Assembly (NCBI GenBank): GCA_049322255.1
Contig: JBMORE010000135.1
Location: 62,001 to 82,958 of the forward strand
Origin: Myxococcota bacterium
GTDB lineage: Bacteria > Myxococcota > Myxococcia > Myxococcales > Myxococcaceae
Direction: 5' to 3'
Length of the DNA: 20,958 nucleotides
Of this stretch, positions 1-7,185 are shown one piece after another; positions within the stretch are counted from its first letter, which is position 1, and each line of letters opens with the position of its first letter. The position numbers were made by a program, and so were the translations under genes. Under the pieces are notes generated by a model. The model had not been told where the DNA came from, did no database searches, and saw nothing but the letters and a program-made list of their open reading frames with translations.

Positions 1-755
1 CGGCGCTGATGGAGCGCTTCCAGAAGCAGGCAGAGCGCTTCGGCACCCGCATCTTCATGGAGAACGTGGTGAAGGTTGACTTCTCCCGCCGTCCTTTCCT
101 GGTCAAGGGGGAGAGCCAGGAGGCGCTCGCGCAGACGGTGATTGTCGCCACCGGCGCCTCGGCGAAGTGGCTGCACGTCAAGGGCGAGGACCTGTACAAG
201 AACCGCGGGGTCTCGGCCTGCGCCACCTGCGACGGGGCGTTCTTCAAGAACCAGAATGTGCTCGTGGTGGGCGGGGGCGACACGGCGATGGAAGAGGCGA
301 CCTACCTGTCGAAGATTGCCGCGCAGGTCACCGTCATTCACCGCCGGGAAAGCTTGCGTGCCTCCAAAATCATGCAGGAGCGCGCCCTCAAAAATCCAAA
401 GATCAAGTTCATCTGGAGCTCGGTGGTAGACGAGGTGCTCGGCAACGACCGTGGCTTCACCGGGGTGCGGCTGAAGAACCTCGAGACCGGTGAGGTGAAC
501 GAGCTGTCGGCCAACGGCTTGTTCGTGGCCATCGGCCATCAGCCCACCACCGAGCTGTTCAAAGGGGTGCTGGAGATGCATGAGAACGGCTACCTCAAGG
601 TGCAACCAGGCTCGACGCGCACCCACATTCCCGGGGTGTTCGCCTGTGGAGACGTGGCCGACCACTACTACCGCCAAGCGGTCACCGCGGCCGGCACCGG
701 GTGCATGGCGGCCATCGACGCCGAGCGGTGGATGACCGAGCAGGGCCTGGGCTGA
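1..755 (+). CDS. trxB: Thioredoxin-disulfide reductase (5' end outside the window)
   Basis: Redox motif SACATCDG, NADPH-binding VVGGGDTAMEEA, VIHRR, and C-terminal GVFACGDV...YRQAVTAAGTGCMAA. The frame is open to the window edge and the N-terminal FAD-binding GxGPAG segment is absent, so the gene starts upstream. Confidence 0.96.
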   Translation, partial: ALMERFQKQAERFGTRIFMENVVKVDFSRRPFLVKGESQEALAQTVIVATGASAKWLHVKGEDLYKNRGVSACATCDGAFFKNQNVLVVGGGDTAMEEATYLSKIAAQVTVIHRRESLRASKIMQERALKNPKIKFIWSSVVDEVLGNDRGFTGVRLKNLETGEVNELSANGLFVAIGHQPTTELFKGVLEMHENGYLKVQPGSTRTHIPGVFACGDVADHYYRQAVTAAGTGCMAAIDAERWMTEQGLG

Positions 756-759
756 AGAC

Positions 760-1224
760 ATGAAGATGATCGACGTGGGCCAAAAGAGCGCGACCGAACG
801 TGTCGCGGTGGCCGTCGCCCGCGTGCGCATGCGCCCCGCCACGCTCGCGCGCATTCGTGACGGCAAGGTGGAGAAGGGCGACGTGCTCGCCGCCGCCAAG
901 CTCGCCGGGGTGATGGCCGCCAAGAAGACGCCTGACTTCGTGCCGCTGTGCCACCCCATCTCGCTCTCCGCGGTGGAGGTCGACGTGCGGCCGGTCACCA
1001 CGGGAGTGGAGATTCAGGTCGAGGTGAAGACGGTCGACCGCACCGGGGTGGAGATGGAGGCGCTCACCGCCGCCAGCGCCGCCGCGTTGACCATCTACGA
1101 CATGCTCAAGTCGGTGGACCGGGGCATGGTGGTGGAAAACCTGCAGCTGATGCACAAGAGCGGTGGACGCTCGGGCACCTGGTCGCGCACGCCGTTGCCC
1201 AAGCGCCTCAAGGGAGGACGATGA
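760..1224 (+). CDS. moaC: Cyclic pyranopterin monophosphate synthase MoaC
   Basis: MIDVGQK..T.R.A.A, KGDVL..AKLAGVMAAKKT...VPLCHP, TGVEMEAL, and IYDMLKSVDRGM are all MoaC motifs; 154 aa. Confidence 0.96.
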   Translation: MKMIDVGQKSATERVAVAVARVRMRPATLARIRDGKVEKGDVLAAAKLAGVMAAKKTPDFVPLCHPISLSAVEVDVRPVTTGVEIQVEVKTVDRTGVEMEALTAASAAALTIYDMLKSVDRGMVVENLQLMHKSGGRSGTWSRTPLPKRLKGGR

Positions 1225-2414
1225 GCACCGACCCTTTGCTGAAGTGGCGCTCCGAGTTCCCCATTCTCGAGCGGAAGGCCGGCTACCTCATCAACAACTC
1301 GCTGGGGGCGATGCCGCGCCAGGTGTACGAGGGCTTGAAGTCGTATGCCGATCTTTGGGCGAACGAGGGCGTGGTGGCCTGGCACACCTGGCTGCCGATG
1401 GTGGAAAAGACCGCCGACCTGGTCGGCAGCCTCTTCAACGCGCCCAAGGGCACGGTGATGATGCATCAGAACGTCTCCACCCTGACGTCGGTCATCATCT
1501 CTGGGCTCGACTTCGGCGGGCGGCGCAACAAGGTCGTCACCACCGAGCTCAACTTCCCGTCAGTCGTCTACAACTGGATGGCGCAGAAGCGGCGCGGGGC
1601 GCGTATCGAAGTGGTGCGCTCACGTGACGGCGGGCTGAACATCGAAACCGAGGACTTGGTTTCCGCCATCGACGACCAGACGCTGGTGTTGGCGCTGGAC
1701 TTGGTGCTCTTTCGCTCCAGCGGGCTCATCGACATCGCACCGGTCATCGAGGCCGCGCACCGGCACGGCGCCCTGGTGGTGCTCGATTGCTATCAGGCCA
1801 CCGGAGCGGTGCCCATCGATGTCCAGGCGCTGAACGTCGACTTCCTCATCGGCGGCTCGGTGAAGTGGCTGTGCGGGGGCGCTGGCGCGTGCTACCTCTA
1901 CGCGCGCAAGGACCTCATATCCTCCTTCCGGCCGTTGATGACCGGCTGGTTCTCCGACAAGCACCCCTTCGACTTCCGCTTCGGAGAGGTGGACTACGCC
2001 GATGACGCCTACCGCTTCATGGGCGGCTCGCCTTCGGTGCCGGCGCTCTACGCCGCGCGCGCGGGCTACGACATCATCCGCGAGGTGGGAGTGAGGGCGA
2101 TTCGGGAGAAGTCGCTTAGGCAGACTTCGCTGCTCATGCAGCTTGCCGACGAACAGGGGCTCGAGGTCAACACCCCGCGCGCGCCCGAGCGGCGAGGCAA
2201 CACCGTGGTGGTCGACTTCGAAGGCGCCGAAGACGCCAGCCGCCGCCTCCTCGACGTTGGCTTCGTCATCGATTACCGGCCCGGAGGCGGCATTCGCATC
2301 TCCCCGCACTTCTACAACTCCGACGAGGAGTGCCGCGCCATCATGGAGGAGATTCGCCGCCTACGCGCCTCCGGCACCTTGCGCGCCACCGGCCTGGATC
2401 CGCGGGCACACTGA
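1221..2414 (+). CDS. PLP-dependent class V aminotransferase-fold enzyme, kynureninase-like
   Basis: True start is ATG 1221 (GGAGG RBS; ATGA overlap with the moaC stop), not the ORF-track start at 948. YLINNSLGAMP, ELNFPS, DCYQATG, DFLIGGSVKWLCGG (PLP lysine), TGWF and IRISPHFYN are present. The exact substrate is uncertain. Confidence 0.85.
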   Translation: MSTDPLLKWRSEFPILERKAGYLINNSLGAMPRQVYEGLKSYADLWANEGVVAWHTWLPMVEKTADLVGSLFNAPKGTVMMHQNVSTLTSVIISGLDFGGRRNKVVTTELNFPSVVYNWMAQKRRGARIEVVRSRDGGLNIETEDLVSAIDDQTLVLALDLVLFRSSGLIDIAPVIEAAHRHGALVVLDCYQATGAVPIDVQALNVDFLIGGSVKWLCGGAGACYLYARKDLISSFRPLMTGWFSDKHPFDFRFGEVDYADDAYRFMGGSPSVPALYAARAGYDIIREVGVRAIREKSLRQTSLLMQLADEQGLEVNTPRAPERRGNTVVVDFEGAEDASRRLLDVGFVIDYRPGGGIRISPHFYNSDEECRAIMEEIRRLRASGTLRATGLDPRAH

Positions 2415-2445
2415 CCCCCTCTCTCTTTGGGAGAGGATTGGGGTG
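2415..2445. repeat. Short hairpin / REP-like palindrome between convergent genes
   Basis: CCTCTCTC-TTT-GGGAGAGG (2418-2436, one G-T pair) followed by ATTGGGGTG. It resembles the CCCTCTCCC-N3-GGGAGAGGG type of extragenic palindrome. Single copy in the window; no U-tract. Confidence 0.5.
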
Positions 2446-2453
2446 GCCGGACA

Positions 2454-3299
2454 TCAGTTCAGCTGCTCCATCCGTTCGCGCAGCGCCTCGGCGGTGAGCC
2501 GCAAGCTCTGGTGGTCGGGGGCGTCGGGGGAGATTTCCAGGCACCGCTCGATGTCCGCCAGCGCGGCGCGATAGGCACCGAGAGCCGAGAGAATCGCCGC
2601 CCTCGCCCGCAGCTCGCCGGGATGGTCGGGAGCGACGGAGAGCATCAGATCCACCGTGGCGAGCGCTTGCTCGCCCTCGCCGCGCTGGAGGTAAGAGCGC
2701 TTCAAGTTGTTGAGCATGCGGTACGCCACGCTCTTGGCCCGGGCGGGAGCAATCATCGAGGAGGTGAACTTCACCTGCGGCGCCACCCGCGAGAGCAGAT
2801 CCGCGCAGCCGTCTTCGGTGAGCACCTGCCCGCCGTGGAAAGGATCGACCACCAGCTTCTGTGCGCCCTCGTCGGAGGCGATGACGAAGTGCCCCGGGAA
2901 ACCCACCCCGAACATCGCGATGCCCGCGCGACGCGCCACTTCGAGGTAGAGCACCGACAGGGTGATGGGCAGGCCCTGCCTCCGCTCGAGCACCCGATGG
3001 AGGAAACTGTTCTCCGGCGCCAGGAGGTCTTCGCGATCGCCGCTGAAGCCCTCCTCCTCGGCCAGAACGCGCCGGAGCGCATGAATCTGCGCCAACGGCC
3101 CCGCCCCCTCGGGCAGGACTTCGGCGACCCGGCGGCCCAGTTGGTCGAGCCGCTCCAGCACGAGCGCTGGCTCGGGCTGGGGAACGTCGAGGTGAGCAAT
3201 CGCCACCGCCGCCAAGTCGAGCCGGGGAGGATCGGCCCGCATCGCCTCGGCCAGAAGCGCCCGCGCCTTGGGGTTACCCAACTCGTAGAAAGTGGCCAC
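2454..3299 (-). CDS. SirB1-family protein (transglutaminase-like core plus C-terminal TPR)
   Basis: GFSGDREDLLAPENSFLHRVLERRQGLPITLSVLY, GVGFPGHF, VDPFHGG and RMLNNLK, followed by TPR-like helices (ELRARAAIL..LG.Y.AALAD.E..L); GTG start. Confidence 0.9.
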   Translation of the reverse strand: MATFYELGNPKARALLAEAMRADPPRLDLAAVAIAHLDVPQPEPALVLERLDQLGRRVAEVLPEGAGPLAQIHALRRVLAEEEGFSGDREDLLAPENSFLHRVLERRQGLPITLSVLYLEVARRAGIAMFGVGFPGHFVIASDEGAQKLVVDPFHGGQVLTEDGCADLLSRVAPQVKFTSSMIAPARAKSVAYRMLNNLKRSYLQRGEGEQALATVDLMLSVAPDHPGELRARAAILSALGAYRAALADIERCLEISPDAPDHQSLRLTAEALRERMEQLN

Positions 3300-3346
3300 T
3301 GGAGCAGCAACCTAACGGGTCGCGCACCGGGGCGCACTACCGTGCC

Positions 3347-3628
3347 TCAAGGAGGCGAGGGGGGAAGCAAGCGCTTCTTGAGCTCGGCGCGCAGGGCGAT
3401 TTGCGCTGCCACCAGGCCGGCGAGCAACCCGTCCTCGAACTCGAAGGAGGGGTGCGCCTTCAGCTGGGGAAAGTCGTGCGGGTTGAGCACGTCTTCCGGG
3501 CCGATGTGGGGCACTGCCTCGCGCGCCAGCCGCAACACCTTCGCTCGTTGCTGGCCAATCATCTGCTCGAACAACGCCTCGCCCACCGCCAGCGCGGCTT
3601 GGGCGCATTCGGAAGAGAGCTCGTCCAT
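3347..3628 (-). CDS. Hypothetical 93-aa helical protein (MDELSSECAQ...NPHDFPQL...FEFEDG)
   Basis: C-terminal part of ORF 3347..4891. ATG 3628 is preceded by GAGGTGACG and lies 2 nt after the upstream gene stop. It fills the gap between two real genes and has protein-like composition, unlike the rest of that ORF. Confidence 0.8.
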   Translation of the reverse strand: MDELSSECAQAALAVGEALFEQMIGQQRAKVLRLAREAVPHIGPEDVLNPHDFPQLKAHPSFEFEDGLLAGLVAAQIALRAELKKRLLPPSPP

Positions 3629-3630
3629 CG

Positions 3631-5208
3631 TCACCTCTGCGCCACGTCCCACTTCACCCGGGTGTGTGACTTGCGAAAGGCATGGAGGTCGCGCTCCACC
3701 GCCTTGCCCTGCGACTCCAGGCCCTCGAGAAAGGCGACGAAATCGAGCTGCCGGTCGGGCCGGTCGGCCTCGGCGTCGAAGAGCTTCACCAGCTCGTTGG
3801 CCGGAAGGGTTCGGCGGCCGGCGACGTTCACCAACTCGACGGACAGCCCCTTCATGTCTTTGCTGGGCACGTAGCTCTTGTAGACCAGCTCGGTACACAC
3901 CAGCGTCGAATCGGAGAAGAAGTCGAAGTCGAAGTCGTACGGCCGCCCCAGGTAGCCGAAGGCGCGGACAATCGCCTTGGCCTTCTCCACCTTCGGCAAC
4001 CGCGGGCGCATCACCCCCAGGTAGTCGACGCCCATCCCATGCTCCACTGCGGTGAAGGACACGCCCTCGCTGATCGACTCGATGATGCGGTGGGGGCCGT
4101 TGCCCTGCAGGTCTTTCCCGTGAGCGAACCTCTTCCACTTCTCGGGGAAGCGCTTGGCCAAAAGGGCGGTGAAGCGCTCGGCGCGCATCGAGTTGGCATA
4201 TGCCAGCACCTCGGGGTCGTCGTCGAAGTAGGCGGCGAGGTCTTGCGGAGTGCCCACGTAGAGCTCGGCGTGCGGCCAAAACCCCGGCAGCCCGATGTTG
4301 GAGAGAAACCAATTCTGCCGCGCCACCACGATGTCCCCCGGCTCCAGCTTGGGGAGGAGCGTGTCGATTTGCTCCTTGTGAATGAGAGGCTTGCCCACGC
4401 GCCGCACGCGGGTGTCTCCCATCAGCTCGGCCACGCCTTTTTGCACCGGGAAAATCGCGCTCATCACCCCGTCGCGCAGAATGTCTACGGCGTTCTTGAT
4501 GAACAAAGTGGGCCCGCGTTTCTTGAGCCGGCCGCGCGCCACCTGGGAGTTGAGCCGCATCTCCTGCATCGCCCACCTCACCTCGGGCTCCTCGAGGAGC
4601 TTGTGCCGCTGCATCGCCGGGAGCACCTGCGAACGGTACGCATCCCCTGTGTAGAGCTGGGTGGAGGTAGCCACGTGGATGACCCGGAATTTGAAGTCGG
4701 CGAACGCCTTGGCCGGCACGCCGAACTCGGGGTTGGGCTCGTCGAGCAGCACCTCCAGCTGCGGGTTGCCGGCGGTCAGATCGGCGAAAGCCAGGCCGTG
4801 GGCGAGCTCGGTGGTCAGCGCGGCGTGGGTGAGCATGTAGCCCCACAGGTGTCGGACGCCGTCCAGCGGCACCATCTTGACGAAGTCCCAATAGCGTTGC
4901 CGAAGCCCTTCGGCGGAGATGACGTAGGAGAAGAACGCTCCCCAGCTGCTGAGCAAGATGCGCTTTTCATCGGGAGAGAGCGGCACCTCGGGTTTGTGAT
5001 GGAAGATCGAGGCGTGCTCCTCGAGCTGCGCTTGGAGCCGCCGGAGCCCGTTGGCGTAGAGCTTGAGCGTGGCGAGGTCACGCCTGGCCTGAGCGACGAA
5101 TTCGTCTTGCGGCAGCGCGTAGACCCCTTTGGGAGGAAGCGGCGCTGGCTCCGGCGGAGCGCCGCCCAAGGAAAGCTGCGCGGCGAGGAGAAATGGAAGT
5201 GCGGGCAT
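3631..5208 (-). CDS. Secreted permuted papain-like NlpC/P60 cysteine hydrolase (YiiX/YebB-like) with a long helical N-terminal region
   Basis: Signal-like N-terminus MPALPFLLAAQLSLGG plus a Pro linker; LEPGDIVV, GFWPHAELYVG (His), IESISEGV, and GRPYDFDFDF...LVCTELVYKSY (Cys). His before Cys is the permuted order. Confidence 0.85.
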   Translation of the reverse strand: MPALPFLLAAQLSLGGAPPEPAPLPPKGVYALPQDEFVAQARRDLATLKLYANGLRRLQAQLEEHASIFHHKPEVPLSPDEKRILLSSWGAFFSYVISAEGLRQRYWDFVKMVPLDGVRHLWGYMLTHAALTTELAHGLAFADLTAGNPQLEVLLDEPNPEFGVPAKAFADFKFRVIHVATSTQLYTGDAYRSQVLPAMQRHKLLEEPEVRWAMQEMRLNSQVARGRLKKRGPTLFIKNAVDILRDGVMSAIFPVQKGVAELMGDTRVRRVGKPLIHKEQIDTLLPKLEPGDIVVARQNWFLSNIGLPGFWPHAELYVGTPQDLAAYFDDDPEVLAYANSMRAERFTALLAKRFPEKWKRFAHGKDLQGNGPHRIIESISEGVSFTAVEHGMGVDYLGVMRPRLPKVEKAKAIVRAFGYLGRPYDFDFDFFSDSTLVCTELVYKSYVPSKDMKGLSVELVNVAGRRTLPANELVKLFDAEADRPDRQLDFVAFLEGLESQGKAVERDLHAFRKSHTRVKWDVAQR

Positions 5209-5215
5209 GAAGACC

Positions 5216-5977
5216 TCAGCCGTTTTCCGCGGCCTCGACGAGGGGACTCAAGAAGGCGGCCTTGTCGGCTGCCTGCATCAGCGGTCCGGCCAGCCAAATA
5301 CCATCGGCTTGGCCGCGCAACTCGGCAAAGTCCTCCGGGCGCGCGAAGGGCCCGCGGACGATGGCAGCGAGCGTGCGAGGAAAGCGCGGAAGGAGCGAGC
5401 GCGGCAAAGAGAGGTCGAGCTGCGGCCCGCGAAAGGCCGGCACCACCGCCAAGCGGGCGCCCACGGCGACGGCGGTGTTCAGCTCTTCCTCCGAGCGCAC
5501 CTCGATGGGCGCGGCCAGGTGCATGCTGGCGGCAATCTCCAGCATCGCTTTGAGCTCTCCGGCAGGCGCGGCGGCGGCGGTGAGCAAGAGCGCGTCCGCG
5601 CCTGCCAACCGCGCCAGGTAGACCTGCTGCCGACTCACCACCAGGTCGCGGGCGATGACCGGTGTGGTGGTGCGCGAGGCGACCTCGGTCAGGTCGCGGG
5701 CCTGCGCGAAACAGGCGATGGGGTCGATGGGCACCGCGATCGCCGCCACCGCCGCATCGTCGAGCACCTTCACCAGGCTGTCGGGGTCGATGACGTCGGC
5801 GAAGCGGCCCTCCTCCGGAGTCGCGCGGGTGATTTCGGCGATGACCGCCAGCGGCCCTTTGTGCGTCACCACGGCGTGGGTGAAGTCCTTGATGGTGGGC
5901 GTGATGGCTCGCAGGTCGAGCGTGGCCAGGCGGCGCACGTCTTCCCGCTTCTGCTCGAGCCAGGAGGAGAGCTCCAT
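5216..5977 (-). CDS. Indole-3-glycerol-phosphate synthase (TrpC)-fold protein, catalytically degenerate
   Basis: Colinear with TrpC: AVIAEITRATPEEG, PVIARDLVVSRQQVYLARLAGADALLL, IEVRSEEEL..A, and LAGPLMQAAD. The catalytic Lys and Asn motifs are altered. Start placed at ATG 5977 (253 aa, TrpC size). Confidence 0.8.
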   Translation of the reverse strand: MELSSWLEQKREDVRRLATLDLRAITPTIKDFTHAVVTHKGPLAVIAEITRATPEEGRFADVIDPDSLVKVLDDAAVAAIAVPIDPIACFAQARDLTEVASRTTTPVIARDLVVSRQQVYLARLAGADALLLTAAAAPAGELKAMLEIAASMHLAAPIEVRSEEELNTAVAVGARLAVVPAFRGPQLDLSLPRSLLPRFPRTLAAIVRGPFARPEDFAELRGQADGIWLAGPLMQAADKAAFLSPLVEAAENG

Positions 5978-6150
5978 CAAGACAGACTGTACCAGCCCCA
6001 TACCCGCGGGCGTTCGTGCAATGGCCCGCTCCGCCGGCCGCCAACCCTGAGCCCGATCGATCGGCCTGCGGCCGGACCACGGCGTCCCCCTGGGGCGGGG
6101 GACTGCCAGGCGCGCTCGGGCTGCCGCATTCATATGAAGGAGGTTCATGC

Positions 6151-6468
6151 ATGGCATTTGGCATCGGAGAAAACCCGGCCGTTTCGGTATCCGCCCACTT
6201 GGACGAGGTCGATTACCCGGCGTGGCGCGACCAGTTGGTGAAGACCGCGATGGACGCCGACGCGACGGCCGACGTCATCAATGTGTTGAAGTGTCTGCCC
6301 CGGGCCCGCTACGAAAGCAGAGTGGAAGTCTTTCGAGATTTGGCCGAGGCCGCGCGCCGGTTCGCCATGGGCAACATTCCCGATGACGACTTGGCGATTC
6401 GGGACCGGCGCAACATCGGCCGCGACGCGGTCGAGGAGGCTCCACCTCCGCACACCCGACACCCTTAG
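6151..6468 (+). CDS. DUF2795-domain protein with a C-terminal extension
   Basis: AAGGAGG RBS at 6137-6143. LDEVDYPA.RDQLV..A....A..DVINVL..LP...YES..EV matches the DUF2795 pattern. Confidence 0.8.
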   Translation: MAFGIGENPAVSVSAHLDEVDYPAWRDQLVKTAMDADATADVINVLKCLPRARYESRVEVFRDLAEAARRFAMGNIPDDDLAIRDRRNIGRDAVEEAPPPHTRHP

Positions 6469-6480
6469 AAGAGGTGCACC

Positions 6481-6921
6481 ATGGACTACGAGAAAAACCT
6501 CATCCACGACGAAGAGGACGTGCGCCGGGTCGTGCGGCAATCGCGGCGCGTCGCGGTTTTAGGCATCAAGACCGAGGCGCAGTCCGACCAGGCGGCGTTC
6601 TATGTCCCCCGCTATCTCGCCGACGCTGGAGTCGAGGTGGTGCCGGTGCCCGTCTACTACCCCGAGGTGAAGGAGATTCTCGGCCGCCCGGTGTACCGAA
6701 GACTCTCCGACATCCCCGGGGACATCGACCTGGTCGACGTCTTTCGCCGCCCTGCGGACATCGACCAGCATGTCGATGACCTCATCGCCAAGAAGCCCAA
6801 GGCGGTGTGGTTTCAGCTGGGCATCACCAACGACGCGGCGGCGAAGAAGCTCGCCCAGGCCGGCATCGAGGTGGTGCAGAACCGGTGCTTGATGGTCGAC
6901 CACCGCCGGTACGGTCACTGA
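6481..6921 (+). CDS. CoA-binding protein (YccU-like)
   Basis: VAVLG, VPRYL...G.EV.PV, IDLVDVFRRP, and KAVWFQLGI.N..AA..L..AGIEVVQNRC; GAGG RBS. Confidence 0.92.
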   Translation: MDYEKNLIHDEEDVRRVVRQSRRVAVLGIKTEAQSDQAAFYVPRYLADAGVEVVPVPVYYPEVKEILGRPVYRRLSDIPGDIDLVDVFRRPADIDQHVDDLIAKKPKAVWFQLGITNDAAAKKLAQAGIEVVQNRCLMVDHRRYGH

Positions 6922-6928
6922 AACCTCG

Positions 6929-7118
6929 CTACACCTCGCGTCCGAGCACGAAGTCGATGCCGCCCCCCTCCCGCGAAGAGCCGACGCACGCGTGCGGCCG
7001 AAGGCCGGTGGCGAGCAGCCTCTTCCAGAATCCGGCGTGGCCGTAGAAGCCGAAGAACCCCGCCGACATCACCAGCCCGAACCGCTTTCCCCCCCAGGAG
7101 CTCACCCAAGGTCGGCAT
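6929..7118 (-). pseudogene. Frameshifted and truncated patatin-like phospholipase N-terminal remnant
   Basis: MPTLGELLGG continues, after removal of one base at the G7 run (7089-7095), as KRFGLVMSAGFFGFYGHAGFWKRLLATGLRPHACVGSS. This matches the patatin Gly-rich loop and the approach to GxSxG. It then stops at 6929. Confidence 0.7.
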
Positions 7119-7165
7119 GGCCGAGGTTTCTGGGCGTTCGGGTTTCCTTGTTGACCCGAATCGAT

Positions 7166-7185
7166 ATATGCAGATGCAACGATAT
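7166..7185. promoter_or_regulatory. Candidate autoregulatory operator ATAT-N12-ATAT overlapping the regulator start codon
   Basis: ATATGCAGATGCAACGATAT lies in an AT-rich patch, with a TTGACC -35-like hexamer at 7151-7156. There is no Shine-Dalgarno before ATG 7184. Confidence 0.45.

Noticed and set aside
1221..5977. Tryptophan pathway cluster (kynureninase-like plus TrpC-like)
   Set aside because: The genes are on opposite strands in separate units, TrpC lacks its catalytic residues, and no other trp or kyn genes are present.
2427..6241. Long alternative ORFs (2427..4055, 3682..5553, 4815..6164, 5129..6241, and the 5' part of 3347..4891)
   Set aside because: These are antisense or off-frame shadows of motif-supported genes, with low-complexity Arg/Pro/Gly-rich translations typical of high-GC DNA.
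7089..7095. Phase-variable on/off switch at the G7 tract
   Set aside because: Restoring the frame still yields only a ~62-aa truncated product without a complete catalytic site.
6922..7183. SAM or cobalamin riboswitch upstream of sahR-metH
   Set aside because: No recognisable aptamer consensus was seen; the space is taken by the patatin remnant and a short promoter.
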